From: Octopus sinensis | Lineage: Eukaryota | Reading direction: 5' to 3' | Assembly (NCBI RefSeq): GCF_006345805.1 | Contig: NW_021835480.1 | Location: 37,735 to 101,734 of the forward strand | Length of the DNA: 64,000 bases | Part shown: piece by piece, positions 12,803 through 25,997 of the stretch | Position numbering within the stretch: position 1 is the stretch's first letter | How the letters are laid out: the number at the start of each line of letters is the position of its first letter | Notes under the pieces: generated by a model | What the model saw: the letters and a program-made list of their open reading frames with translations, nothing else | What the model was told of the DNA's origin: nothing | Database searches by the model: none | Translations under genes and position numbers: made by a program

Positions 12803-13904
12803 ACTAGGTAAGTTCATGAAGGGAATTGGCTGCTATTTCTAAGAAGCCGAACATCCACTTAGAGGCCTCTTTGTTGTTTTTGAATGTGTAGTTAAAAAGC
12901 TTACATTGTTTCTATAGTGTTGGTATCAACGGTAGAAATGGTGGTACAATGAGGTAACATTGAGGTAACAATTGTCATTTGATCAGAAAAGTATCGATGT
13001 TGTTTTTGTTGTTGCTTATGGTGATGCGAAACCGAAAGTCAGTTCTAAAATAAATTATATTAAATTAATATAAAGGTCATCATAAGGCGGCGAGCTGGGA
13101 GCATTGATAACTTTTCGCCCGTCTTTACATTATGAGTTCAAATTCCACCAAGGTCCGCATTGCCTTTCATCATTTCGGAGTTCGATAAAATAAGTACAAG
13201 TTGAGCACTAAGGTCGATGAAATCGACTTAAACCCCTCCATCGAAATTGCTGGACAGGTGTCAAGATTTGAAGCCAATATAATAGTCATCTTCTGCAATA
13301 ATTAAGTCAGAGTAAACAATGGAATTATTGATGACCCAACGAGAGGAGCCCTTATGTCAGGGGTCGAGGAACATTTTTAACCAATTGCTCCAATTACGTG
13401 GAGGCACATGGCCTAGTGTTTAGACATTGATCGAGAGATCGCGGGTTCGAATCTCAGACTGGGCGATGTGTGTGTTTATGAGCGAAACACCTAACCTCCA
13501 TGCGGCTACGGCAAAAGGTAATGGCGAACTTCTGCTGACTCTTTCGCTACAACATTCTCTCATTCTTTCCTCCTGCATTTTCCAGCTCACCTACGACGGA
13601 CCGGCATCCCGTCCAGGTGGGGAACCTACACGCCAAGGAAACCGGGAAACCGGTTTTTATGAGCCAAGCGTGCCTCGAGAAGGAATAAAGAAGATATTCA
13701 TTTACGCCGATATCACCCCACTTAGTTTGAAAGAAAGAAAATCATAGATTCTTTGAATTAAAATGGTTTGTTGAATCTATTTATATGAATCTACTCATCT
13801 ATTATACATCCATTACATTTGGCAGATGAAGTGTTACCGGAAGAAAAAATTTCTGTCATAACAAGGAACACGTTTATTTTTGTTATGTAATTTTACTTAT
13901 GCCT

Positions 13905-14254
13905 GTGGAGGCGCAATGGCCCAGTGGTTAGGGCAGCGGACTCGCGGTCATAGGATCGCGGTTTCGATTCCCAGACCGGGCGTTGTGAGTGTTTATTGAG
14001 CGAAAACACGTAAAGCTCCACGAAGCTCCGGCAGGGGATGGTGGTGATCCCTGCTGTACTCTTTATCCACAACTTTCTCTCACTCTCACTTCCTGTTTCT
14101 GTATTTCAAAGGGCCGGCCTTGTCACTCTCTGTGTCACGCTGAATATCCCCGAGAACTACGGTAAGGGTACACGTGTCTCTGGAGTGCTCAGCCACTTAC
14201 ACGTTAAATTCACGAGCAGGAACCCTCGTCGTCGTAACCGACGGAGTGCTTCCA
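13905..14254 (+). mobile_element. tRNA-derived SINE, family C with tail type 1
   Basis: GTGGAGGCGCAATGGCCCAGTGGTTAGGGC..GGTTTCGATTCCC head; ends GAGTGCTTCCA; 12-bp TSD TTACTTATGCCT. Confidence 0.9.
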
Positions 14255-14711
14255 TTACTTATGCCTAATAAGTCCTCATTACCGCCAAGAATTTCATTTT
14301 TACTCCACGCTGGGTAATTTACACCGGTTCGCCCACCCCTGCCTTGTGTGATCACACGATTTCCCAAAACAAGCAACGAAATTTTTCTCGGACCACATCT
14401 TACCTTCTTAAGAAAATGAAGGACATATTAGAAAAAAAAAAACTAATGTTTAAAAAGTAAAAGACGATAAGGTCACTGTTATAATCCATGGCCATAGATC
14501 TACCCGATCAGGAATGATTGCTGCTAAACAAGACCAATAACTAGCACCAAATCGGAATTAAGGCACAACTTTTATATGGTAATTCAATGCGCTAGATCAC
14601 TAGTTCTCAACCATATTTTTACCTATAGACACCTTCCACTCCTATTTTACTCAAGTGGATCCGCATAGCCATCCAATGTTTAAAAGATCCTATCATATTT
14701 TTATGATTAAA

Positions 14712-15225
14712 CTAGCATTATCGCCCGGCGTTGCTCGGGTTTGTAAGGGAAATAACTATATAAGCATTTTTAGAGAGTTACTTCCCTTATAGATGCCAAT
14801 TCGGGCTTTCTTAGCCATTTCTGTTTTGGTGTCTTCAAGCCATGAAGTCGTTGTTCTAAAAGAACGCTGGTCTCCTTGACAACGCTTTACGACGTTGATT
14901 TCCTTACACTCCCTTCCCCACAGCTTCACGAGGGAGGGAAGAAGGGGGAGAAGCAAACAGGTGCAGGTGTGACCATGGACGCCAACTCCGCCGCCATCGA
15001 CACACGAAAAAATATGCATTAAAATGGAATAAAAAATTATGTTAAATTTTTTTTTTAAATTGTTGACTCATCGTAGACGCGCGCTAATACTCAGACGGGC
15101 TCGATATGAATCACTACTATAAGATACCCGAATTTGGTTAAACTGCACCGCAAAATGTGGGAGGAGTTAGGAATCTAAATCGAAGGGGACAGACACTCAC
15201 ACAACTACAGTTTTATATATATAGA
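14712..15225 (-). mobile_element. Non-autonomous Helitron, copy 2, with an extra internal segment
   Basis: Same TC..hairpin..CTAG ends as the other copies; ~215 bp (about 14790-15005) is absent from them. Confidence 0.85.
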
Positions 15226-15324
15226 TATTATTGGGATTTGTCTTTTAAAAAATGTTAACATATTTTGTGTATTATCGAAGTATAACGAATTTAATCTTTT
15301 ATTCTATTATTCTTTTTTTTTTCT

Positions 15325-15714
15325 TTTACTTGTATCAGTCATTTGACTGCGGTCATGCTGGAGCACCACCTTTTTTAGTCGAAGAAATCACCCCCAGGAC
15401 TTACTCATTCTATTGGTACTAATTCCTTTGGACCCTTTTGCCGAACCACTAGATTACGGAGACGTAAACACACCAGCATCGGTTGTCAAGCGATGGGAAG
15501 GGGTGGAGACAAACACACGCAAATATACACACATAAATATATATGTAAATACATATAGGACGAGCTTCTTTCAGTTTCCTTCTGCCAAATCAGCTCACAA
15601 GGTTTTGGTGGTCCGAGGCTATAGTAAAAGACACTTGCCCAAGGTGATACGCAGTGAGACTGAACACAGAACCATGCGGTTGGGAGGCAGGCTTCTTAGC
15701 ACACAGCTACGCCT
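15325..15714 (-). mobile_element. SINE family A
   Basis: Reverse-complement match to the A head, core and tail. Confidence 0.8.
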
Positions 15715-16123
15715 GAAACAAAATCTTATAAAGACACCGAGGAGTCACACAGACCGTTGTGTAAAACCACTGAGCTAGATATAACACATTCCATAAAAAT
15801 AGAAGCGCACATTATACTTTGATAATTTAGTCCTACATACAAATGTATTAGAAAAAGACGAGGCGATCATGTCCAGGACGCCCTTAGTCATAAATCTGCT
15901 TTTATTGGAGACCTGCTAAACAGAATTATTTAACTTCCATCAGGAAATTAGTTTTGCAAACCTTTGACTAGGAACGAGGTAAGCGTTAAGAGTTATTGAA
16001 TGAAGTCGTTAATAGAATTCATCTCAACCTATACGTGGAGGCTATGAGACACACTGGCGCAGCTGTTTTGGTGCTGCCTTTATAGCGTCGCTGATTCGAC
16101 GGTATCTTATTTTACATCTGACG

Positions 16124-16157
<34 letters not shown>

Positions 16158-16976
16158 TTCTCACAGTTTATGTATGTATGTGTGTACGCATCTAGTTATA
16201 TCTGCATATATATATATCAATAATACTATACTTCTTCCACGACCTCGCGTTGTTGTGTTTTCTCTTTGTGTTTTCATATATTTATATATGCAGATATAAC
16301 TAGATGCGTACACACATAAACATATATATGTGTGTGTGTGTGTGTGTGTGTTGCTGTTTGTTCCTTCTCGAGCCATGCTTGGCACCTAAGGGCCGGTTTC
16401 TCTAGCGTAGTTTCTCTGGACGGGACGCCGCTCCGTGGCAGAGTTGCTCATTTTAACCAGATAGGTGGACTGGAGTTACATGAACAGAATTGTTTTGCTC
16501 AAGAACACAACGCATCTCCCTATCCAAGAATTGAAATCGCAACGTACTTACTCTCACCGAAACATGTCCAGTAAGCCGTGTCAAAATGTCAACATCCAAA
16601 CAACCACACCCAATAGTCTCATTCGGATAAGTAGAACATTTATATCGATTCCTAAGAAATAAAGTCAACAAAATGATAATGCACCAAAAGTGATTGAAAT
16701 TCATAGAGCTTTTACTTCTTAAAGCTTTTAATTCGTTTCGTTGGCGTTTCTTTCAAAATGACAAGCTAATCATTAAAAGTATTATTGTGAGATATAAACA
16801 AGGCACAGGCGTGGCTGTGTGGTTAGAAAATTGCCTCCAAATCACACGGTTCCGGATTCGGTCCCACTGCGTGACACCTTGGTTGAGTGAGTGTTTTCTG
16901 CTATAACATCTGGCCAGCCAAAGCCTTCTGATTAGGTTTGGTAGATGAAAACTGAAAGAAGTCCGTCGTGGATGTG

Positions 16977-17222
16977 TATATACAATTATAAATAAGGGCA
17001 AAAGAAAAAATGTCTATGCCAATATGCTGAAAAATTAGACTTTATATCGTCTAAACACATAAATATTTCACTATAAATACATGTTAGCTTGCTTTCCTCG
17101 TCTCAACACGCTGTGTATTTATAGTGAAATATTGAATGTGGTTAGACAATGTAAAGTCTATTTTATTTTCAGCATATTGGCATAGGAAATGTTTCTTTTG
17201 CCCTTATTTATAATTGTTTATA
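16977..17222. repeat. Long imperfect inverted repeat (~105-bp arms, ~30-bp spacer)
   Basis: ataaataagggcaaaagaaa..ctataaataca is mirrored by tgtatttatag..cttttgcccttatttat. Confidence 0.9.
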
Positions 17223-17714
17223 ATTTTCACCATAAAAGGTATTTTAATATGCTGGCAACTGATAAGATTTAAAAAAAAAAAATGTAATGCTTATATTAGA
17301 AGTAAATTTACATATATATATATATTATATATATATATTATATATATATATATTTAGTGTTTTTGTGATTGTCCTCCACCACCACATTATAACCCTTGTT
17401 GGTTTGTTTACGTCCGCGAACTTAGCGGTTCGGCAAAGGGGGTGCTAGAATAAATGCCAAGCTAAATAAATACTGCAGTCGATTCACTGTATTCTTTTAA
17501 CAATAATTCATATAAAAGTTATTTCTCAAAAATAGGTTTCTCTGCTGTTATTCTATTAAATGAAATTAATCGTTAGAAAGGAAGGTCAATTAATTTTTGT
17601 TTTTACCAGTTCGTCGATGAAAAGAATAGGTTTTTGATGCAGGTATACTGTTACATAAAAGGGGTGTGGGCGATTTCATCGTCACCAGTACTAGCCTGGT
17701 ATTTTATGTGTTCC

Positions 17715-18163
17715 AGGCGTGGCTGTGTGGTATGAAGCTTGCTTCCAACCACAAGGTTCCAGGTTCAGTCTCACTGTGTGGCACCTTGGGCAAGAGTCTT
17801 TTAATGTAACCTCTGGCTAACCAAAGCCTTCTGAGTGGATTTGGAAGACGGAAACTGAAAGAAGCTCGCCGTGTATATATGTGTGTGAGTGTGTCTGTGT
17901 TTGCCCCCCCCACACACACACACCACTTAACAACTGGTGTTGGTGTGTTTACATCCCCGTAACCTAGCGGTTCGGCAAAAGACAACGTTAGATTAAAAAA
18001 TAAGTCCGGGCTCGATTTGTTCGACTTACCAACCACATGGTTCCGGGTTTATTCCCACTGGGTGGCACCTTGGGCAAGTGTCTTCTACTATAGCCTCGGG
18101 CCGACCAAAGCCTTGTGAGTGGATTTGGTAGACGGAAACTGAAAGAAGCCCGTCGTATATATG

Positions 18164-18258
<95 letters not shown>

Positions 18259-18261
18259 ATG

Positions 18262-18321
<60 letters not shown>

Positions 18322-18590
18322 TGTATGTATGTATGTATGAGTGTATATTTATGTGTGTGTATGTGTATATGTTTCTGTATCTGTGTTTGCCCCCCCCCCC
18401 AACATCGCTTGACAACTGATGCTGGTGCGTCTACGTCCCCGTAACCTAGCAGTTCGGCAAAAGAGACCGATAGAATAAGTACTTAGCTTACAAATAATAG
18501 GTCCTGGGGTCGATTTGCTCGACTAAATACGGTGCTCCTGCATGGCCACAATCAAATGACTGAAGCAAGTAAAAGATTAAAAGAGTAAGG
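17715..18590 (+). mobile_element. Two tandem SINE family A copies
   Basis: Head-core-microsatellite-tail pattern occurs twice; junction at ~18025. Confidence 0.8.
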
Positions 18591-18704
18591 CGGTATCCCA
18601 GCATAGTTGCAGTCAAATAAACGAAACAAGTAGACGAAGTATGAAACAAAAAAATTGACAACTCCCCTAATTTGAATTTAGATGTATAAAGGGACACAAA
18701 TTGG

Positions 18705-19280
18705 ATTCAAATTTTGACACAACGCCACCAATTTTTGAGGAGGTTGTAAGTCGGTTACATCGACTTCAGTACTCAACTTATTCTTATTTTATCGACCCCG
18801 AAGAGTTGAAAGGCAAAATCGACATCGCAGAAATTTCAACTCAGAACGTAAAATGAAGGGGCATAAATTAAAACTACAATTAAAATTCATTTCAAATTTA
18901 GGCATAAGACCCGCAATTTCGGGGAATGGAGTAAGTCGATTACATCGACCTCAGTACTCAACTGATACTTATTTTATCGATCCCGAAATGATGAAAAGCA
19001 AAGTCAACATCGGTGGAATTTGGACTCGGAAAGGTAAAGACGGACGAAATGCGAAGCATTTTTCCCGGCACAGTAACGATTCTGCTTGCTCACCACCTTA
19101 TAAAAGAGGCATGGATTAGAACTACAAATAATACTAATTGTCTCAAATTTAGGCGCAAGGCAAGTAAATTTGACGGGTGAAGTTAGTCGATAACATTTTA
19201 TTTATACTTTATTTTATCGACCCCCACCCCCCAAAAAAAGATGAAAGGCAAATTTGGCCTCAGCGGAATTTTGATTCAAA
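18705..19280 (-). mobile_element. Cluster of three degenerate family B SINEs (tail type 2)
   Basis: Repeated tcaaatttt..ggcacaag..agtcgattacatcgac..ttttatcgaccccgaa motif. Confidence 0.7.
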
Positions 19281-21201
19281 ACGAAAAGCGTTCTACCAAA
19301 CTGCAGTCATAATTATAACAATAATCCCGAGAATGTAGATAAGTGTTGCTCAACCGGTTCTTTCGCTCCAGCGCCTTGATTTGACCTTGTAAATCTTTAA
19401 AGCCACCCGACCCAAGTTAAGCAGTTTTTCTCCCTTCATCCCTATTATTGCTATCTGACCTTTGAAATTCACCCGCCCTACCCACTAAATTTTCTATAAC
19501 AACCTCTTTTAAGAAAATTTGTCGTAGATATAGCTAACCCTATGTATATGAATATTAGTTTCAAATTTTAGCATAAGATCTGTACTTTTGTTCAAATCGT
19601 ACTTCGAATATCAACCCCCGAAATATTGACAGGATACTGAATCGTGCTTGGTAAATGACTAGACTATAATATTATCATGTTGAAATCGAAGTTGCTCCTG
19701 TGGTGGTTAGTTTTGTTTAGCCCAAATTCAGCCTAAATCTAGATGATGCATGATCAATGATGTCGGAGCTGTGACCGACTTGTCTTTTAGAGATATTTCG
19801 AACAACATTACTCAACGTGTCCTTTCTTTATCTAAGACAATAGAAGGAAATTTGAAGGAAATGTGACTGCTGTTTCTAACCAGTGGAGCAAAGGTAGTTG
19901 CTGGCAGATGTAATGAACTACTACTGTGTATGATCAAGAAACAGATAGCATCGCTAAAATGGAAAATCACTTCTAACGGTTATGTTTTAAATTTCCCGCT
20001 TTTAAATATAGACAAACATTGATTTTATTACTAAAACATGCTAAAGTCTCTCCTATGAGTCACATATAATGTTCTAAAGAAGCCTGCCTTTAGATATGAG
20101 CATAAAAATAATGCACGCTATAGATAATGTTCAGAGAAGTTTGGCAGCGTAACTTATCAACTGATTTAGCGAAATTGAATTCTATTTTTTCTATACTGGC
20201 ATTCTTTTAGCTATTGAAAGTGGCGGATTAAAGAAACAATGCATTATAACATTTGTAAGGCACCTCTAACATACAATAGAAAACTGGTTAGGTAAACAAG
20301 TAAAGGAAGAAAGATAACCCACGCGAGTCTAGCAAATCCTTCCTTACATAAAAAAACATGAATGAATGAATAAATAATAAACAATAAAAATAAAAATAAA
20401 ATAAGTAAATAAATATATAAATATCATATGATAAGAAGTTACGAAATAAACTGAGAATGGTGAAATATATCTTAAATTCCTTAAAACGGTGAATATCCAC
20501 GTTACATAATAGCCTTAAGAAGGTGATGGAAAAGATCTAATAAGACTACACATTCGATAAGTTTTCATTTTTTTATAATGAAGTAAAAATAGAAATAGAG
20601 AAGATAACCACAAAAGAATTAAAACCACGATTGTAGCCTATTGTCTCTCTTATTTCTTTTTCAGGCACGTTATTACAGCAAAAATTCGATTTTCGTCATT
20701 GGTACAAAATCAGACGCTTATAGGGAATGCTATAGCCTATAGAACTCATACAATCCGGTATTTATTTTATCGAATCTAGAAAGAAGAATGCACAAAGTTT
20801 TTGTGAGAACTTAATACAAACTACTAGACAGGGACAACAAACACGCACACCACTAATTCTGTAATTAAATACCTATATAATACCAGAAATAATACCCGGA
20901 TGATTGTACTAAAGAAATACGAATCGAAAACAAGTGCACAAATTACTACATTTGATGTGAAAGGAGCACTAAAGATAGTCTCTTAGTGGAAAATCCATGA
21001 AACAGTTAAAAATTATGTGTGGTCCTTCTCAGTAAAGTCATGCTGTATCCTCTTAACCAATCATGAAAAATGAACTGGATGTATCTCGATATCATATAAT
21101 TGGGTGAGATTGTGTTGGTCCCAAGAAGGAGTCAAGAAGCTACCGACTGTTTTTATTAATATATATATATACATACATATATACATTCATATATACATTC
21201 A

Positions 21202-21246
<45 letters not shown>

Positions 21247-21610
21247 TATACAACGGGTTTCTTTCAATTTCCCTCTACCAAATCCAAACTCAAGGTTATA
21301 GTTGGACCAAGGCTATAAAAGACACTTGTTCAAGATGTCATGCAGAGGGACTGAACCCGGAACAATGCAGTTAGAAGCAAAATTCTTACCACAGAGACAC
21401 TCCTCCAGAAGATGACAAGTAAAGTCCACTACCTATTGCAGTGGTGGTGAGGTTATCTGCTCTACCCGTTTAGGGTACTGTTGGATAGGGTACTGGATGC
21501 GAGTGAACACGGGTAGGTGGATTGACTCAAGGCTTAAACAGGCTAGAGAGCAAACATGTGCTATAACAATAGTGGATTGAATATTCTATGCCACGCTTGT
21601 GATATATATG

Positions 21611-21638
<28 letters not shown>

Positions 21639-21642
<4 letters not shown>

Positions 21643-21845
21643 ACCGCGTGTGTACCGTTGGCGATTTTTTTCCTCTGTCTTCCCTTCTCTGGATCTTTCC
21701 TTCTCCTATGTTTCCGACGAAGAGCTCCGCTCGAAACGTTTAACTCTCCTTCTTTCCTTCTTTCCTGAGCGTCCAATAATACTATATTTGTTCCACGTCC
21801 TCGCGTTGTTGAGTTTTTTTGTGCCTTCATGTTTGGATTAACTAC
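21639..21845 (+). mobile_element. Second copy of the Penelope-like pLTR repeat with hammerhead-like core
   Basis: Homologous to 7925-8125. GTTT-CCGACGA-AGAGCTCCGCTC-GAAACGTT at 21710-21740. Confidence 0.6.
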
Positions 21846-22319
21846 AGATATAAATATATATATATATGTACAGAATGAGGGAGATTCATACATGCACACA
21901 TACATATAATAAGAATATTCATTTAAATCTACCAATATACCTACAGCGGTAACGAGAAAAAATATTCTACGAGGAATTCCATTGGTTATGCAATTTGATA
22001 ATGGGCGTGTCACGTGAGTGATTGAGGTCAACTCGGTACAATCGATAGAAGAATGTTGAGTCAATATAAAATGAGAGGCGAATTATGACAAGAAAAACAA
22101 ACTGTAAATAAAATCTCTACACAAATGTGTGTGTGTGTGTGTGTGTTTGTGTAAAACAAGTTTAAGGAGTATATAAATATACAGCTTTGTCGGTGTTAAA
22201 AATACAAAGTGCAACGTAAAGAAATGCGTAGGTGTCACAGACATCTATACATACATACATACATACATACATACATACATACATACATACATACATACAT
22301 ACATACATACATACATTAT

Positions 22320-22820
22320 ATGGCTGCCCCCTCGTTATTGAGTATGGCCTTTGCACGAAGCTTAACTGTTACTGGTGCTGTGATCGAACGTGACTTTTTA
22401 GCCCAGCTAAAGATCTACAATGTCTTGTACAAAATTGGCAACTAAAACCTTTACTGGTAATAGCCGGATGTAGTTGTAACTGGGCTTCATGTACCTTTGC
22501 ATGTCGTTTAAGTCCTCCTGCCGAATTACACTCTCTTCCACATGCCTGACATATATGATTAGTATGGTGTATTACACCACCACCAGTGGCCAGGTTGTCA
22601 CTCATCTGTCTCGTTTTATGACTACGAAGATGCTTTTTGAGTCCAGCTTTACTGAGGCAGGGTCTTGCACAGACATTGCATGTCAGCATCAAAGGAAGAC
22701 CCTTCCCTTCTGGAAGTGTAACATCGATGCCCCTCCTGACATCCCTCCTTACTTTCTCATGTGCAACTCGAGATTTCTCAAAAGTGGCTGTCCCCTCATG
22801 CACAATCCTTCTCCACCTGA
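22320..22820 (-). mobile_element. 3' end of an RTE-clade LINE encoding three C2H2 zinc fingers
   Basis: RWRRIVHEGTATFEKSR (RTE C-terminal motif), then CNVC..HLRSH, CQAC..HAKVH and CQFC..HVRSQH. Short 3' UTR then microsatellite. Confidence 0.8.
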
Positions 22821-23156
22821 GTTCAGTCCCACTGTGTGGTAACTTGGCGTGTGTCTACTGCTATAGCCTCATACCAACCAAAGCCTTGTCAGTGGATTTT
22901 GTAGACGGAAACTGAAAGAAATCAATTGTATGTATATGTATGTATATATGTAAGTCTATGCGTGTGCCTTTGTGTTTCTCCCTAATCACTGCTTCACAAC
23001 TGGTGTTCGTTTATTTACATTGCCATTACTTACTGGTTTCACAAGAAGAAACTGATAGAATAAGTACCAGGCATATCAAAAGCACTATGCAGTGTCTCAT
23101 ATTTTTGTTTGCCCACTCAGTTGTATCTATCAATTTATCTTTGGTGTGTGTGTGTG

Positions 23157-23206
<50 letters not shown>

Positions 23207-23238
23207 TATTATATATCTATATATATATATATATAAAA

Positions 23239-23293
<55 letters not shown>

Positions 23294-23850
23294 TGTGTCA
23301 GGTCACTTTTGAGTGCTACTGGTAACATGTAACCCAGTACAACCTGTTGCATGGTCAGGTCGTCGGGGACTAAACCGGCAACCCCCAACAAGCTTGCTTG
23401 GTGAGGAGGGTGTTTATTGGACACCCTGCGGGATGAAAAACAAAACCCGTCAAAGGGCAGAAGAACTCTTGAGAGTCAACGGCCATCCAATACATGTCTT
23501 AAGGTTGTATCATGCGCGGGGACATAAAAATAATCGGAATGAATACCCGATCGCGCACTTTAGCCAGTGGGAGTGAAGGACTCCTAGCCTTTATTAGGGC
23601 ATCCTTCTAGGAGAAGGTAAGTCAAGTAACTGGGATGACTCGACATAAAACCTGCGGGTCAGTGGTTACCGATGATGTTGATTTGTTCTTCTTTTCGGAT
23701 TATGGCTGCTGTTGCTTAGTGAGTGGGATTGACTCAGTGCACAGCCTTTCCTCACTTTAAAAAAAATCTTCTTGCACAGGCATTGCACGATAACAACATT
23801 AATTAAGCTTCGTGCAATGGCCATACTCGATAACGAGGGGGCAGCCACTA
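23294..23850 (+). mobile_element. Probable bipartite non-autonomous RTE derivative (5' UTR-like part plus 3' tail)
   Basis: Contains GGGCATCCTTCTAGGAGAAGGTAA, resembling an RTE 5' UTR motif (from memory). Ends TTAAGCTTCGTGCAATGGCCATACTCGATAACGAGGGGGCAGCCA, shared with the RTE 3' UTR at 22321-22365. Confidence 0.65.
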
Positions 23851-23937
23851 TATATATATATATATATATGGATTTCGAGGACAGGAACTGAAACAAATCA
23901 ATCGTATATATATGTATGTATATATGTAAGTGTATGT

Positions 23938-24200
23938 GTTTTGGTATTGGCTACATGAATGACAATGGCCAGAGACTACTTGAATTTTGCACAAACCATA
24001 ACCTGTGCATCACTAACACATTCTTTGCCAACAAGACATCCCACAAGGCATCTTGGAGACATCCAAGATCTCACCACTGGATCTCATCATTACACGAAGA
24101 TCCTTTCTGAATTCTGTTCAACTGACTCGTAGCTACCACAGCGCGGATTGTGACACAGATCATTCACTAATAAGAAGCAGGGTGAGGATTCTGCCTAAAA
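23938..24200 (+). mobile_element. RTE LINE fragment, AP-endonuclease domain (frameshifted)
   Basis: NDNGQRLLEFCTNHNLCITNTFF..WRHPRSHHW / LDLIITRR..SYHSADCDTDHSLI. Confidence 0.88.
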
Positions 24201-24827
24201 AATATGGGAATGTAGAAAGCAAGAATAGTTGGAAAAAATATGAGATATATATATTATGATCTTACATAGATTATTAATAAAATGATTTTTAAACAAAATA
24301 TTATTATAGAATGCAAAATTAAAATATTATAAAAGTGGAACTGTCATTTTTTTTTTTTTACATTTAATATGAAACAAAATGTTTGCGTATCAAAAGCACT
24401 ACAATAATGCAAATGTGGTGAAGGCGGCGAGCTGACCGAAACGTTGCAGTCTGGCAAAATGCTTAGCAGCTTTTTGTCCATCTTTACGTTCTGAGTTCAA
24501 ATTTGACTTTGCCTTTCGACGACTTTGGCCTTTCATTTTTCCAGAGTCGATAAAATAAGTACAAGTTGAACAGTGGGATCGATAAAGTATGTACCAGTTG
24601 AACATGGGGTCGCTGCAATACCCGAAATTCCTGGCCTTGTGCTAAAATATGAAGCCACTATTACAAATAACCATAGTGATAAATTTTAAAATATAGATAT
24701 GGAAACTAGCTTCCAGTATTTATCTTCAACTGAAAACATGTACGGGAATATTTTATATACGACTGTACGTTTTCCCAACACGTTGCTTTATATATACCAC
24801 ACACACACCACCCACACACCACACCAC

Positions 24828-24941
<114 letters not shown>

Positions 24942-25360
24942 TATATATAAACTAGACCGGTTAATTAATATTGAAAATTTCATCTGTTACTTTTTAGTGT
25001 TTCAGTTCTATATTACGGCCATGCTGGGGCACCACCTTGAAGAATTTTAGTCGGAGAAATTGACCACAATACTTATTTTTGTAGCATGCGCATACACACA
25101 TACATATATAAATGTGTGTGTGTGTTTTCGTCTACCAAATCCACTCACAGGGGTTTTGGTGGCCCGTGGTTAGAGAAGAAGACACTAGCCCAATGTGCTA
25201 TGTAGTGGGACTGAACCTAGAACCATGTAGTTGGGAAGCAAACTTCTTACCGCACAGTCACACCTTCAGTTTTGATGTACATATGATAAAATATCGTTGT
25301 TCCTTCATGAAAAGGGGTTCCTTGCAGTGAACACATCCTGTTGTGTATACTATCGTATAT

Positions 25361-25662
25361 GTGGAAACGCAATGGCCCAGTGGTTAGGGCAGCAGACTCG
25401 CAGTCGGAGGACCACGGTTTCAATTCCCAGACCGGGCATTGTGTGTGTCTATTGAGCGAAAACACCTAAAACTCCACGAGACTCCAGCAGGGATTGGGTG
25501 ACCCCTGTTGTACTCTTTCGCCCCAACTTTCTCTCATTCTCTCTTCCTGTTTCTTGAGTAACGCTGCGATGGACTGGCGTCCCGTCTACCTGGAGGGAAC
25601 ATATATGCCACAGAAACCGGGAAACCGTTCCCATGAGCCTGGCTAGGCTTGAAAAGGGTGCA

Positions 25663-25697
<35 letters not shown>
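25361..25697 (+). mobile_element. SINE family C with tail type 2
   Basis: C head and body, then GCGATGGACTGGCGTCCCGTC..AGCCTGGCTAGGCTTGAAAAGGG and (TAAA)n. Confidence 0.85.
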
Positions 25698-25856
25698 GCA
25701 GGAGTGGCTGTGTGGTAAGTAGCTTGCTAACCAACCACATGGTTCCGGGTTCAGTCCCACTGCGTGGCATCTTGGGCAAGTGTCTTCTGCTATAACCCCG
25801 GGCCGACCAATGCCTTGTGAGTGGATTTGGTAGACGGAAACTGAAAGAAGCCTGTC

Positions 25857-25906
<50 letters not shown>

Positions 25907-25926
25907 ATATATATATGTGCCTGTCG

Positions 25927-25997
<71 letters not shown>

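Larger units (their letters stand above)
14598..15772. mobile_element. Old hAT (Charlie-like) MITE carrying a nested Helitron and a nested SINE
   Basis: Degenerate termini CACTAGTTCTCAACC / AAAACCACTG; 8-bp TSD CGCTAGAT / AGCTAGAT. Confidence 0.55.

Noticed and set aside
22369-22803. Host C2H2 zinc-finger gene
   Set aside because: No TGEKP linkers; preceded by an RTE motif and followed by an RTE-type 3' tail.
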